Shown here: in pieces, positions 36,803-45,741 of the stretch
How positions within the stretch are numbered: the stretch's first letter is position 1
How the letters are laid out: each line of letters starts with the position of its first letter
Assembly: GCA_963923455.1 (NCBI GenBank)
Contig: CAWULT010000005.1
Span: 3,003-67,002 of the forward strand
Length of the DNA: 64,000 nucleotides
Direction: 5' to 3'
DNA from: an uncultured bacterium
GTDB taxonomy: Bacteria > Acidobacteriota > Vicinamibacteria > Vicinamibacterales > UBA2999
Notes under the pieces: model-generated
What the model was told of the DNA's origin: nothing
The model's input: the letters and a program-made list of their open reading frames with translations, nothing else
The model's database searches: none
Program-made: the position numbers and the translations under genes

Positions 36803-38382
36803 CCGACTCGGCGGTGGCTGGCCCGGCGCACGACGCGCCGGTGGCCGGCTCGCGCGCAAGTTCCCAGGCGTCGCTTCGTTCCGTCCTGCCGCTGGCGGTC
36901 GCCACCTCGATCGCCGGCATGGTGCTGCTGATGCTCACGACCGCGTGGGGCATCGGCACCTCTCCTGACTCGGTCCACTACATCCGGACCGCCCGCCAGT
37001 GGCTCGGCGAGCCGGGCCCGGCCGGCTCGGCGCAGTTCGCCCCGTTCTATCCGTGGCTGCTCGCCGTGCTGGGGCGGCTGTCCGGAGTCGATCCGATCTC
37101 GGCCGCCCGCGGGCTCAACGTGGCCGTGTTCGGCGCCAACATCCTGCTCGTCGGGCTGGTCGTGCGCCACGCCACGCACAACATCCGCTGGATCTGGCTG
37201 GCCGCAGCCTGGACCGTGCTCGCTGCCCGGCCGGTGCTGACCGTGCACGCGTATGCGCTGAGCGAGCCGGTGTTCCTGACGGTCGGCCTCCTGGGTCTGT
37301 TTCTGCTTGGCCGGTACCTGCAGGAGGGGCGCCTCGTGCTGCTCCTGGGCGCCGGCGCCGCGATCGGTCTCGCGTTCCTGACGCGCTACGCCGCCGCCGC
37401 GCTGCTCCTCTCCGGCGGGCTGGCCCTGCTGCTGTTCGAGCGCGCGGCCTGGCCGCGGCGCGTCGTCCGCGCCGCGCTCTTCGGCGTCGTCGCACTGCTG
37501 CCGATGCTGGCGTGGATGTGGCGCAACATGAGCGCGACCGGCACCGCCACCGGCCGGGAGCTCGTGCTGCATCCGCTGACACGCGCCCAGATCTGGCAGG
37601 GTGTCTACACGACGGCGGACTGGCTGTTCATTCCCCGCGGCGCCCCCGACGCGGTCCGGCTCGCCGCGTGGGCCGTCGTGGGAGGCGCCGTGGCGTTCGT
37701 CGTGGTGCGCCAGGTCGTGGTTCGCGACCGGGCGAGCACCGTCCCGGCGGTGCTCGCCCTGTTCGTCGCGACCTACGCCGCCTTCCTCGCCACGTCGATC
37801 TCGCTCCTCGACGCGAACACCGAGCTCGACGACCGAATCCTGATGCCGGCGTTCGTGGCGGTGGTCCCCGTGCTGTGCTGGCTGGCCGACCGGGCGTGGC
37901 CCGTGCTTCAGCGCGTGCGTCCGGCCCTGATGGCCCTGGTGGTGGCCGCCGCGGCGTTCTGCGGTGTCACGGTTCAGGCGGGAGTCGGCCTCGCCGCGGC
38001 GGGCCGGGAGAACGGGTGGGGCTTCAGCAGCCGGGCCTGGGCGGAGTCGCCGACGATCGACGCCATCGAGGCGCTGCCGGCCGGGACGGTCGTGTACAGC
38101 AATGCGCCGGAGATCGTCTATCTGCACACCGGGAGGGCCGCCGAGGCGCTGCCACGGAAGATATTTCTGATGAACGGGCGCCGGAACGGTCAGTTCGCCG
38201 GGCAATTGGCCGATACCGGAGACAGGCTGAGCCGTACGTGCGGCGTCATTGCCTATTTTCGCACCCTCACGGACCAGAAGTCGGTGCCGACCGAGGCGGA
38301 GCTGCAGTCGCGGCTGTCGCTGGGCGTGCGCGCCGAAGGGCGTGACGGTGCGTTGTTGAGCGCGAGCACATGCCGCCCCTAG
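36799..38382 (+). CDS. Polytopic membrane protein, probable GT-C fold (ArnT/PMT_2-like) transferase
   Basis: GTG 36799 overlaps the sulfotransferase stop (GTGA). It has about 11-13 hydrophobic helices, a TSPDSVHYIRTA first loop and a soluble C-terminal domain. The family assignment is tentative. Confidence 0.5.
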   Translation: MTDSAVAGPAHDAPVAGSRASSQASLRSVLPLAVATSIAGMVLLMLTTAWGIGTSPDSVHYIRTARQWLGEPGPAGSAQFAPFYPWLLAVLGRLSGVDPISAARGLNVAVFGANILLVGLVVRHATHNIRWIWLAAAWTVLAARPVLTVHAYALSEPVFLTVGLLGLFLLGRYLQEGRLVLLLGAGAAIGLAFLTRYAAAALLLSGGLALLLFERAAWPRRVVRAALFGVVALLPMLAWMWRNMSATGTATGRELVLHPLTRAQIWQGVYTTADWLFIPRGAPDAVRLAAWAVVGGAVAFVVVRQVVVRDRASTVPAVLALFVATYAAFLATSISLLDANTELDDRILMPAFVAVVPVLCWLADRAWPVLQRVRPALMALVVAAAAFCGVTVQAGVGLAAAGRENGWGFSSRAWAESPTIDAIEALPAGTVVYSNAPEIVYLHTGRAAEALPRKIFLMNGRRNGQFAGQLADTGDRLSRTCGVIAYFRTLTDQKSVPTEAELQSRLSLGVRAEGRDGALLSASTCRP

Positions 38383-39590
38383 TCAGCATCATCGTCCCGG
38401 CGTACAACCAGAGCCACTATCTGGAGGCGGCCGTCCAGAGCGCGCTCGCGCAGACCTACGCCGACGTCGAGGTGATCGTCGTCGACGACGGCTCGACCGA
38501 CGACACGCGCGCGGTGGCGCAGCGCCTGACCGATTCCCGCGTCCGCTACGTGTACCAGGAGAACCGCGGCCTGCCGGCCGCGCGGAACACGGGCATCCGT
38601 CACGCGCGCGGCTCGCTGCTGTCGTTCCTCGATTCAGACGACCTCTTCCTGCCCGACAAGGTTCGGCTGCTCCTCGCGGCGATGGAGGCAGACCCGTCGC
38701 TCGGGCTGGTCGCCGGCCAGGCAGTCGTGATCGACGAGGGTGGCCGCCCGGTGGGCGAGGTGTTCGACGCAGAACTGCCGGCCGACGGTGCGGAACTGCT
38801 GCTGGGCAATCCACTCCACGTGGGCAGCGTTCTGCTGCGGCGCGATTGGCAGGAGCGCGTGGGCCTGTTCGACGAGACGCTCCGCTCGTACGAAGACTGG
38901 GACCTGTGGCTGCGTCTGGCCCGCGCCGGCTGTCCGATGGGGTGGGTTCCGAGGCCGGTCTCGCAGTACCGGTTCCACCTGGCGCAGATGACGCGCATCG
39001 GCCGCCAGATGACCACGGCGACGTTCGCCGTGCTGGAGAAGACCTTCTCCGATCCGTCGCTGCCGGCGGCATGGCGTGCCCGGAAGGATGCCGCCTACAG
39101 CCGCGCCTACCTGCGGGCGGCAGCCCAGGCGTACACCGCCTCGGCGTTCGACCTGGCCGAAGACTGCATGCGCCGCGCGGTTGCCCACGATCCCGGTCTG
39201 GTCGCGGCCGATGCCCAGCCGATCGCCGACATCGTCGCCGGGTGGGCCAACCACGTGAAGACCGCGGACGCGATGGGCCTGCTCGAAGGTGTCTACGACC
39301 ATCTGCCGGCGGAGCTGGCGGCGCTGCGCGCGCGACGGTCGCGCGACCTCGCCCGCGAGGCCCTGCAGCTGACCTTCGCGGCCTACCAGCGCGGCGACAG
39401 GGCGGCCGCCCGGACGTTCGTCCGTCGTGCCGTCGGGCTGCAGCCGAGGGCGGCCCTCGACCGGGGCGTTCTCTCGATCCTCCTGCGCACATTCATCCCC
39501 GGGACCGGGGCCACTGCGGGCGGGGACACGCCCGCCTCGGCGCGCTGGGTCCCTGGTTCCGGCCGCGTGCCTTCTGAAGGGAACTCATGA
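38370..39590 (+). CDS. GT2 glycosyltransferase with a helical C-terminal domain
   Basis: Motifs are VSIIVPAYNQSHYLEAAVQSALAQTYADVEVIVVDDGSTDDT and LDSDD. It overlaps the previous gene by 13 nt. Confidence 0.85.
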   Translation: MPPLVSIIVPAYNQSHYLEAAVQSALAQTYADVEVIVVDDGSTDDTRAVAQRLTDSRVRYVYQENRGLPAARNTGIRHARGSLLSFLDSDDLFLPDKVRLLLAAMEADPSLGLVAGQAVVIDEGGRPVGEVFDAELPADGAELLLGNPLHVGSVLLRRDWQERVGLFDETLRSYEDWDLWLRLARAGCPMGWVPRPVSQYRFHLAQMTRIGRQMTTATFAVLEKTFSDPSLPAAWRARKDAAYSRAYLRAAAQAYTASAFDLAEDCMRRAVAHDPGLVAADAQPIADIVAGWANHVKTADAMGLLEGVYDHLPAELAALRARRSRDLAREALQLTFAAYQRGDRAAARTFVRRAVGLQPRAALDRGVLSILLRTFIPGTGATAGGDTPASARWVPGSGRVPSEGNS

Positions 39591-40324
39591 GCCCCCTGAT
39601 TCCACGTTTCCAGGTCACTCCGTTCGTCATCCTCTTCGTCGAGCGCGCCGGCAGCACGTACCTGATCACGGCCCTGAAGTCGCACCCGGAGATCACCGCC
39701 CTGACGGAGAAGTTCGACGCGATGCGCCAGGAAGGCAAGGGCGCCACCGAGCAGCTCGCGTGGGCGCGGGAGTTCCTGACGCCGCCGCTCGTCGGGCAGC
39801 ATCGCGCCATCGGCTTCAAGACGAAGCTCGTCGACGTGCTCGACCGGGAGGGGTTCGCCGACCTCGTGCGCGCGCGCAAGTGCAAGATCATCAAGATGCG
39901 TCGCCTCAACACGGTGAAGGCGGTCGTCTCGACGCTGAACGCGCGCCGGCAGTGGCAGGCCTCCGGCAACTGGAACCTGCTGAGCGAGGCGACCCGCCTC
40001 TCGGAACTGACGGTCGACCTCGACGAGTTCGACCGCATGCTGCACGAGCGGGAGGAGCTCGACCGCGACCTGGAGGACTACGTCAAGAGCCTCGGGCTGC
40101 CGACGCTCGAGCTGTACTACGAGGAGCTGCTGCGCGACGAGAAGGGCTTCGTCGACCGCACGCTGGGCTTCCTCGGCGTGGAGCGCGGGCCGCTCCAGAG
40201 CATGACCCTCAAGAACACGAAGGACGACCTGCGGGAGGCGATCGCCAACTTCGACGCGCTTCGCGCCAAGTACACCGGCACGAAATACGAGGCGCTCTTC
40301 GACGAGGTGCTGGCCCCGGCGTAG
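39587..40324 (+). CDS. Small sulfotransferase (NodH/Stf0-like)
   Basis: 245 aa with an ATGA overlap. FVILFVERAGSTYL (P-loop-like PAPS 5'-phosphosulfate site) and IKMRRLNTVKAVVS resemble NodH/Stf0 motifs. The call is made by eye only. Confidence 0.55.
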   Translation: MSPLIPRFQVTPFVILFVERAGSTYLITALKSHPEITALTEKFDAMRQEGKGATEQLAWAREFLTPPLVGQHRAIGFKTKLVDVLDREGFADLVRARKCKIIKMRRLNTVKAVVSTLNARRQWQASGNWNLLSEATRLSELTVDLDEFDRMLHEREELDRDLEDYVKSLGLPTLELYYEELLRDEKGFVDRTLGFLGVERGPLQSMTLKNTKDDLREAIANFDALRAKYTGTKYEALFDEVLAPA

Positions 40325-40371
40325 GGTCCCAGCCCCAGACACGACGAGAGGAGGATAGCGCTACGCCCGGG

Positions 40372-42204
40372 TTGGTGGGTTTCGTGAAGCCGGCGCTCGC
40401 CGGCGACCAGGCAGGGGAGTTGCTCGGCCGGATGGCACGTGCGCTCGAGTCGGCGCCGCGCTTCGACGCGGTGCTGCACCACGAGCCTGGCACCGGCGTC
40501 GGGTGCGTCGCGCTGAAGACGGCCGAGGCGGCCCAGCGCCTGACCTGGAACACCGACCGCAGCGTCGCCGTGGCGCTCGAAGGGGAGCTGTTCGACCTCG
40601 AGCCGGTCGCGCGGCGCCTCGGCGAGCCGGTCGGGGCACGCACGCAGGCGGCGCTGGTGCTGGCGTTGTACGAGCGGTTCGGCGGCGACTTCGCCCGCGA
40701 TCTGAACGGCGCGTTCGCGGCAGCCATCTGGGACCGCCGGGAGCGGACGCTCCTCGTCGTCAACGATCGCCTGGGCCAGTGCCCCGTCTACTACGCGCAG
40801 GCCGGGGGCGGCCTGCTGTTCGCGTCTGGCGTGCGCGCGGTGCTGGCCGACCCCGCCGTGTGCCGGACCGTCGACCGGGTCGCGATCAACCAGTTCCTGG
40901 TCTTCGACCATGCGCTCGGGGACCGTACGCTGCTCGCATCCGTCCGGCTGCTGCCCCAGGCCTCCGTGTTGCGGTGTCGCGACGGACACGTCGACATCCG
41001 ACCGTACTGGACGCTGCAGTACCCGGACGCGTACGAACCGCGGTCCGAGGCGGACTACGTAGAGGCCTTCACGCACCATATGCGCCAGGCCGTTGCGCGC
41101 CAGGCGCCGAACGGCCGCCGCGCGGGCGTACTGCTGAGCGGGGGGCTCGACTCGCGCGTGATTCTCGGCGCGCTCGCCGAGCGCGGCGAGGCGGTCGAGA
41201 CGCTGACCTTCGGCATACCCGGCTGTGACGACGCGCGCGTGGCCGCCGAAGTCGCCGCGACCGTGGGCTCGACGCATCGCTTCGTGGAACTCCGGCCCGA
41301 CTGGCTGTCGTCGCTGGCCGAGGAAGCCGTCCGCAGCACCGACGGCCTGGGCAACCTCGTCAACCTGCACGCGCTCGCGCCGCTCGCATCGACGTCGGGC
41401 TACGCGCCCGTCCAGTACAAGGGCTTCCTCGGCGACGCGCTGCTCGGGTACGCGCTGACCCGCGGAATGTGGGGCGGCTACCGGCCGGACGACCGCTACC
41501 GCGTGCACCTCGACGCCCACCGCGGGCACGGCGTGGTGAACTACGAGGCCGACGAGCAGGCCCGGCTGTTCACCGATGCATTCCGCGCCGACGTCGGCGA
41601 CGGCGTGATGGAGGCCTACCGCGCGGGGTTGGACAGGGCGGGAAGCGCGCAGCTCGCCAACCAGCGGCTGTTCTTCGACCTGACCCAGCGTGTCCCGCGG
41701 ATGACGCTCAACGGCGTCGAGGTGGCGAGAAGCCACGCCACCGTCCGCCTGCCGTTCTGCGACAACGACCTGGTCGACTTCATCCTGCAGGTGCCGCCCG
41801 GCTTCCTGTTCGAGCGGTATCTGCCCAGGCAGTCGTTCATCCGGCACTACCCGCGGCTGGCGCAGATCCCGCTGGAGGGCACGGGCCGTCCGATGACGTC
41901 CTGCGCGCGGGACGTCTGGATCCAGATGCGGAGCCTGGCCTCGTGGCACCTGCGCCGCCGGGGCCTCGGATGGGTGCTGCCGGATACGGTGCGCCCGTAC
42001 AAGGACTACAACGGGTGGTTCAGGACGAACCTCCGCCCATGGGTCGAGGGCCTGCTGCTGGACCGGCGCGCGCTCGATCGGGGCTACTTCCAGCCAGCGT
42101 TCGTCCGCCAGCTGCTTGCCGAGCACGACGCGGGAGCTAATCACGCCGTACGAATCGGGGCCCTGCTCACGATCGAGCTCTGGCACCGGCAGTTCGCGGA
42201 CTAG
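40372..42204 (+). CDS. Asparagine-synthase-family protein with a degenerate glutaminase site
   Basis: The start is TTG 40372 or GTG 40375, the first start codons after the previous stop. The N-terminus reads (M)VGFV where AsnB has MCGI. LEGELFD replaces NGEI(F/Y)N. The synthetase PP-loop LLSGGLDSR is intact. Confidence 0.75.
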   Translation: MVGFVKPALAGDQAGELLGRMARALESAPRFDAVLHHEPGTGVGCVALKTAEAAQRLTWNTDRSVAVALEGELFDLEPVARRLGEPVGARTQAALVLALYERFGGDFARDLNGAFAAAIWDRRERTLLVVNDRLGQCPVYYAQAGGGLLFASGVRAVLADPAVCRTVDRVAINQFLVFDHALGDRTLLASVRLLPQASVLRCRDGHVDIRPYWTLQYPDAYEPRSEADYVEAFTHHMRQAVARQAPNGRRAGVLLSGGLDSRVILGALAERGEAVETLTFGIPGCDDARVAAEVAATVGSTHRFVELRPDWLSSLAEEAVRSTDGLGNLVNLHALAPLASTSGYAPVQYKGFLGDALLGYALTRGMWGGYRPDDRYRVHLDAHRGHGVVNYEADEQARLFTDAFRADVGDGVMEAYRAGLDRAGSAQLANQRLFFDLTQRVPRMTLNGVEVARSHATVRLPFCDNDLVDFILQVPPGFLFERYLPRQSFIRHYPRLAQIPLEGTGRPMTSCARDVWIQMRSLASWHLRRRGLGWVLPDTVRPYKDYNGWFRTNLRPWVEGLLLDRRALDRGYFQPAFVRQLLAEHDAGANHAVRIGALLTIELWHRQFAD

Positions 42205-42221
42205 GAGTCGGGACCGGACAC

Positions 42222-43232
42222 ATGCGCCTGGGCGTCTTCATCGAAGAGACATGGGACTTCTTCCACGAGGTCTACGCCGACTTCGGTCAGCATCACTCGA
42301 CCACGCTCTACAAGCGGCCGGAGCCCGTCCGGTTGCCGGTGTTCACGGAGCGGGTCAACCGGCACCGCTTCCGTTCGGACCTGAGCGACTTCATCCGCCG
42401 CCAGGACGTGCTGTTCTTCGAGTGGGCGAGCGAGCTGCTCGCGGTGGCATCGCAGATGCCGAAGACGGCCGGCATCGTCACCCGGCTCCACCGGTACGAG
42501 ATGTACGAGTGGGCGGAGCGCATCAACTGGGACGCCGTCGATCGCGTGATCCTGGTCAGCGACGCGAAGCTCCGGACGTTCACCGAAACGTTTCCCTCGC
42601 ACGCCCACAAGGCCGTCGTGATCCCCGAGGCCGTGTCCGTCACGCGCTTCCAGCCAGGTGACCGCAAGCCGTTCGGCGGCGACATCGGGATCCTGTGCCA
42701 CCTGAAGCCGCGCAAGCGGGTCTACGACCTGGTGTTGACCTTCGCGGAGCTCCTCGAGGAGGGGCACCAGTTCCACCTCCACATCGGCGGCGGCCTGGCA
42801 CCCGGCTCCGAGGATTACTACGAGGCCCTGCACGGTCTGGTCGGCCGGCTGGGCCTGCAGGACAAGGTGACCTTCTACGGGCACCAGTCGAAGCCCGAGC
42901 AGTGGTACCCACTGATCGACGTCTTCGTGTCCAACAGCTTCTCGGAAGGCCTGCAGGTGTCGCCGATGGAGGCGATGGCGTCGGGCTGCCACTGCGTGTC
43001 GCACCGGTGGGCGGGCGCGGAGGAACTGCTGCCCGACTCGCACCTGTACGACACCAACGCGCAGCTCAAGCGCCTGCTGGTGGATCACGCGCGCCTGCCA
43101 GACGCCGAACGGGCGGCCCTGCGCACGCGGATGCGCAACATGGTCACCGAGCGATTCAACGTCGACGTGACGAAGGCGCAGATCCGGGGCGTGGTCGAGG
43201 ACGTGTACGCGGCGCGCGGCGGGGGGCGCTGA
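42222..43232 (+). CDS. GT4 (GT-B fold) glycosyltransferase
   Basis: 336 aa. The C-terminal motif is VFVSNSFSEGLQVSPMEAMASGCHCVS (EX7E-type). Confidence 0.75.
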   Translation: MRLGVFIEETWDFFHEVYADFGQHHSTTLYKRPEPVRLPVFTERVNRHRFRSDLSDFIRRQDVLFFEWASELLAVASQMPKTAGIVTRLHRYEMYEWAERINWDAVDRVILVSDAKLRTFTETFPSHAHKAVVIPEAVSVTRFQPGDRKPFGGDIGILCHLKPRKRVYDLVLTFAELLEEGHQFHLHIGGGLAPGSEDYYEALHGLVGRLGLQDKVTFYGHQSKPEQWYPLIDVFVSNSFSEGLQVSPMEAMASGCHCVSHRWAGAEELLPDSHLYDTNAQLKRLLVDHARLPDAERAALRTRMRNMVTERFNVDVTKAQIRGVVEDVYAARGGGR

Positions 43233-43258
43233 GGATGGGCGGCGAGGGGAACAGGCAG

Positions 43259-44410
43259 ATGATGACGGTGCTCACGGTGTTCGGCACCCGGCCAGAGGCC
43301 CTGAAGATGGCGCCTGTCGTGCAGCAGCTCGCGCGGCAGCCGGAGCGGATTCGCTCGGTGGTGTGCGTCACGGGCCAGCATCGCGAGATGCTCGACCAGG
43401 TGCTGGGGTTGTTCTCGATCCGGCCCGACTTCGACCTCGACGTGATGCGGCCGAACCAGACTCTGGCGCAGGTGACGTCCGCCATCATCCAGCGGCTCGA
43501 CCCGGTCCTGGCCGAGGTGAGGCCCGACTGGGTCCTCGTGCAGGGTGACACGACCACGGCCATGGTGGCATCACTCGTCGCGTACTACCACGGCGTGCGA
43601 ATCGGGCACATCGAAGCCGGGCTGCGTACGTTCGACAAGCGGCGCCCGTTCCCGGAGGAGATCAACCGGCGGATCACCGATGTCGTCGCCGATCTGTGCT
43701 TCGCGCCGACCACGTGGGCCCAGCAGAACCTTCGCAGGGAAGGCGTGCCCGAGGCGCAGATCCTGCTGACTGGAAACACCGTGATCGACGCGCTGCTCCA
43801 GGTGCGCGATACGCCGTACCGCTGGGACGAGGGCCCCCTGGCCCAGGTGCCGGTCGACCGCCGGCTCGTGCTGATCACGGCGCACCGCCGGGAGTCGTTC
43901 GGCGAGACGTTCAAGGGCATCTGCCAGGCCATCCGGGACCTGTCGGAGCGTTATGCGGGCGACGTCCATTTCGTGTACCCGGTGCATCCCAACCCGAACG
44001 TCCGCACCCCCGTGCACGCGATGCTGAGCGGGCGGCCGAACGTCTCGCTGATCGACCCCCTCGAGTACGTGCCACTCGTCCACCTGATGAAGCGGGCGAC
44101 GATCGTGCTGACCGACTCCGGCGGCATTCAGGAGGAGGCGCCCAGCCTGGGCGTGCCCGTCCTGGTGCTGCGTGAAGAGACGGAGCGCCCCGAAGGCGTC
44201 GAGGCCGGCGTGGCGAGGCTGGTCGGCACCGATCCAGCCCGGATCGTGGCCGAGGCTCGGCGGCTGCTGGACAGCCCCGCCGAGCACGCGCGGATGTCGC
44301 GCGCCACCAATCCCTACGGCGACGGCCTGGCGTCGGCGCGGATCGTCGATGCCCTGCTGGCCGCGGAACACGATCGGACGCCGGCGGCGGCGCTGTCCGG
44401 CGCCCACTGA
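43259..44410 (+). CDS. wecB: UDP-N-acetylglucosamine 2-epimerase (non-hydrolysing)
   Basis: Motifs are MMTVLTVFGTRPEALKMAPV, VQGDTTT, HIEAGLRTF, PFPEE(I)NRR and TDSGGIQEEAPSLGVPVLVLRE. ATG 43259 lies 8 nt after GAGGGGA (alternative ATG at 43235). Confidence 0.9.
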   Translation: MMTVLTVFGTRPEALKMAPVVQQLARQPERIRSVVCVTGQHREMLDQVLGLFSIRPDFDLDVMRPNQTLAQVTSAIIQRLDPVLAEVRPDWVLVQGDTTTAMVASLVAYYHGVRIGHIEAGLRTFDKRRPFPEEINRRITDVVADLCFAPTTWAQQNLRREGVPEAQILLTGNTVIDALLQVRDTPYRWDEGPLAQVPVDRRLVLITAHRRESFGETFKGICQAIRDLSERYAGDVHFVYPVHPNPNVRTPVHAMLSGRPNVSLIDPLEYVPLVHLMKRATIVLTDSGGIQEEAPSLGVPVLVLREETERPEGVEAGVARLVGTDPARIVAEARRLLDSPAEHARMSRATNPYGDGLASARIVDALLAAEHDRTPAAALSGAH

Positions 44411-44420
44411 CAGGCTGGCG

Positions 44421-45659
44421 ATGGCGTTGAAGCAGGCGGTGCAGGCGGTGTATCGCGGGGTGGTCGACGACCGCCTCCGCGACGCGTTCTGGGCCTGGCG
44501 CAGCCGGGGCGACTCGTCGGTCGCGAGCGGGGTGACCCGGGGGTTGGTCGGGGCCTCGTACCCCGTCGGTTCCGCCGAGGAGCACCTGGCCGCGACGCTC
44601 GACTGGCTTCGCGCCGCGCAGGACGCGTGCGGCGACGGCGTGTCGGCGTTCTACGACATGCGGGAGGGCCGCTGGTGCCCGCCGTATCCCGAGACGACCG
44701 GCTACATCATCCCGACGTTCTACGACGCCGCAGCCGACGGACGCGGAGAGGAGTACCGCGATCGCGCCCGGCGGATGGCGGAGTGGCTGCTGGGGCTGCA
44801 GCTCGCCGACGGGGCGTTTCCCATCGGGCCCCTGTGGCCAGGCTGGGAGCGGCGTCCCCTGGTGTTCGACACCGGCCAGATCATCCACGGGCTCGTTCGT
44901 GCCCACGAGGAGACGCGCGACTCGCGGTACCTCGATTCGGCGGCCCGAGCGGGACGGTGGCTGGCTTCCGTGCAGGACGAGGACGGTGCCTGGCGGCGGT
45001 TCACCCCGTTCGGCGTCGTGCAGACCTACGACGTCCGCACGGCGTTCGGCCTCGCGCGACTGTATCAGGCCACTGGCGAGGAAGCGCATCGGCGTACGGC
45101 GATGCGCAACCTGGAGTTCGCCGTCCGCCAGCAGGGGCCGGACGGCTACTACCGTCACATGGAGTTCCGCGCCGGCGAGGATGCGCTGACCCATACCATC
45201 GCCTACACGGTCGAAGGGGTGCTCGAGTCGGGCGTGCTGCTGGGGGAGACCGCGCTCGTCGCGTCCGCGACACTCGCAGCCGGCGCTCTGGCCGAGCGGC
45301 AGCACGCGCAAGGATACCTGACGGCCCGCTACGGTGAGCGCTGGGAGAGCGCCACCTGCTGGAGCTGCCCCACGGGCACGGCGCAGATGGCGATGTGCTG
45401 GTTCCGGCTCTTCGAGCTGACCGGGCAGACACGCTTCCGGGACGCGGCCGTCGACGCCAACCGCCACGTCAAGTCGCACCAGCGGCGCGACGCCGCGGCG
45501 CACGCCGGGGTCAGAGGCGGGGTATCGGGCTCGTGGCCGATCTGGGAGGCCTATGAGCCGTATCGGATGCTGAACTGGGCTGCGAAGTTCTTCGCCGACA
45601 GCCTGCGGCTCGAGAAGCGTCTCACGGGGAGTCACGGCCACGCGCGTCCTGTTCATTAA
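44421..45659 (+). CDS. Hypothetical protein, possibly an alpha/alpha-toroid (prenyltransferase/squalene-oxidase-repeat-like) fold
   Basis: 412 aa starting at ATG 44421. It has repeated aromatic/Gly motifs (ADGAFPIGPLW, EDGAWRRF, PDGYYRHM) and PYPETTGYIIPT. The fold guess is weak. Confidence 0.35.
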   Translation: MALKQAVQAVYRGVVDDRLRDAFWAWRSRGDSSVASGVTRGLVGASYPVGSAEEHLAATLDWLRAAQDACGDGVSAFYDMREGRWCPPYPETTGYIIPTFYDAAADGRGEEYRDRARRMAEWLLGLQLADGAFPIGPLWPGWERRPLVFDTGQIIHGLVRAHEETRDSRYLDSAARAGRWLASVQDEDGAWRRFTPFGVVQTYDVRTAFGLARLYQATGEEAHRRTAMRNLEFAVRQQGPDGYYRHMEFRAGEDALTHTIAYTVEGVLESGVLLGETALVASATLAAGALAERQHAQGYLTARYGERWESATCWSCPTGTAQMAMCWFRLFELTGQTRFRDAAVDANRHVKSHQRRDAAAHAGVRGGVSGSWPIWEAYEPYRMLNWAAKFFADSLRLEKRLTGSHGHARPVH

Positions 45660-45741
45660 CGCGAGGCCGGACGCGCTCCGGAACCCCGGCGGCGACACGG
45701 TCCAGGTCAGGGAGACGAAGGCCGCGCTCGAGCGGATCGGC

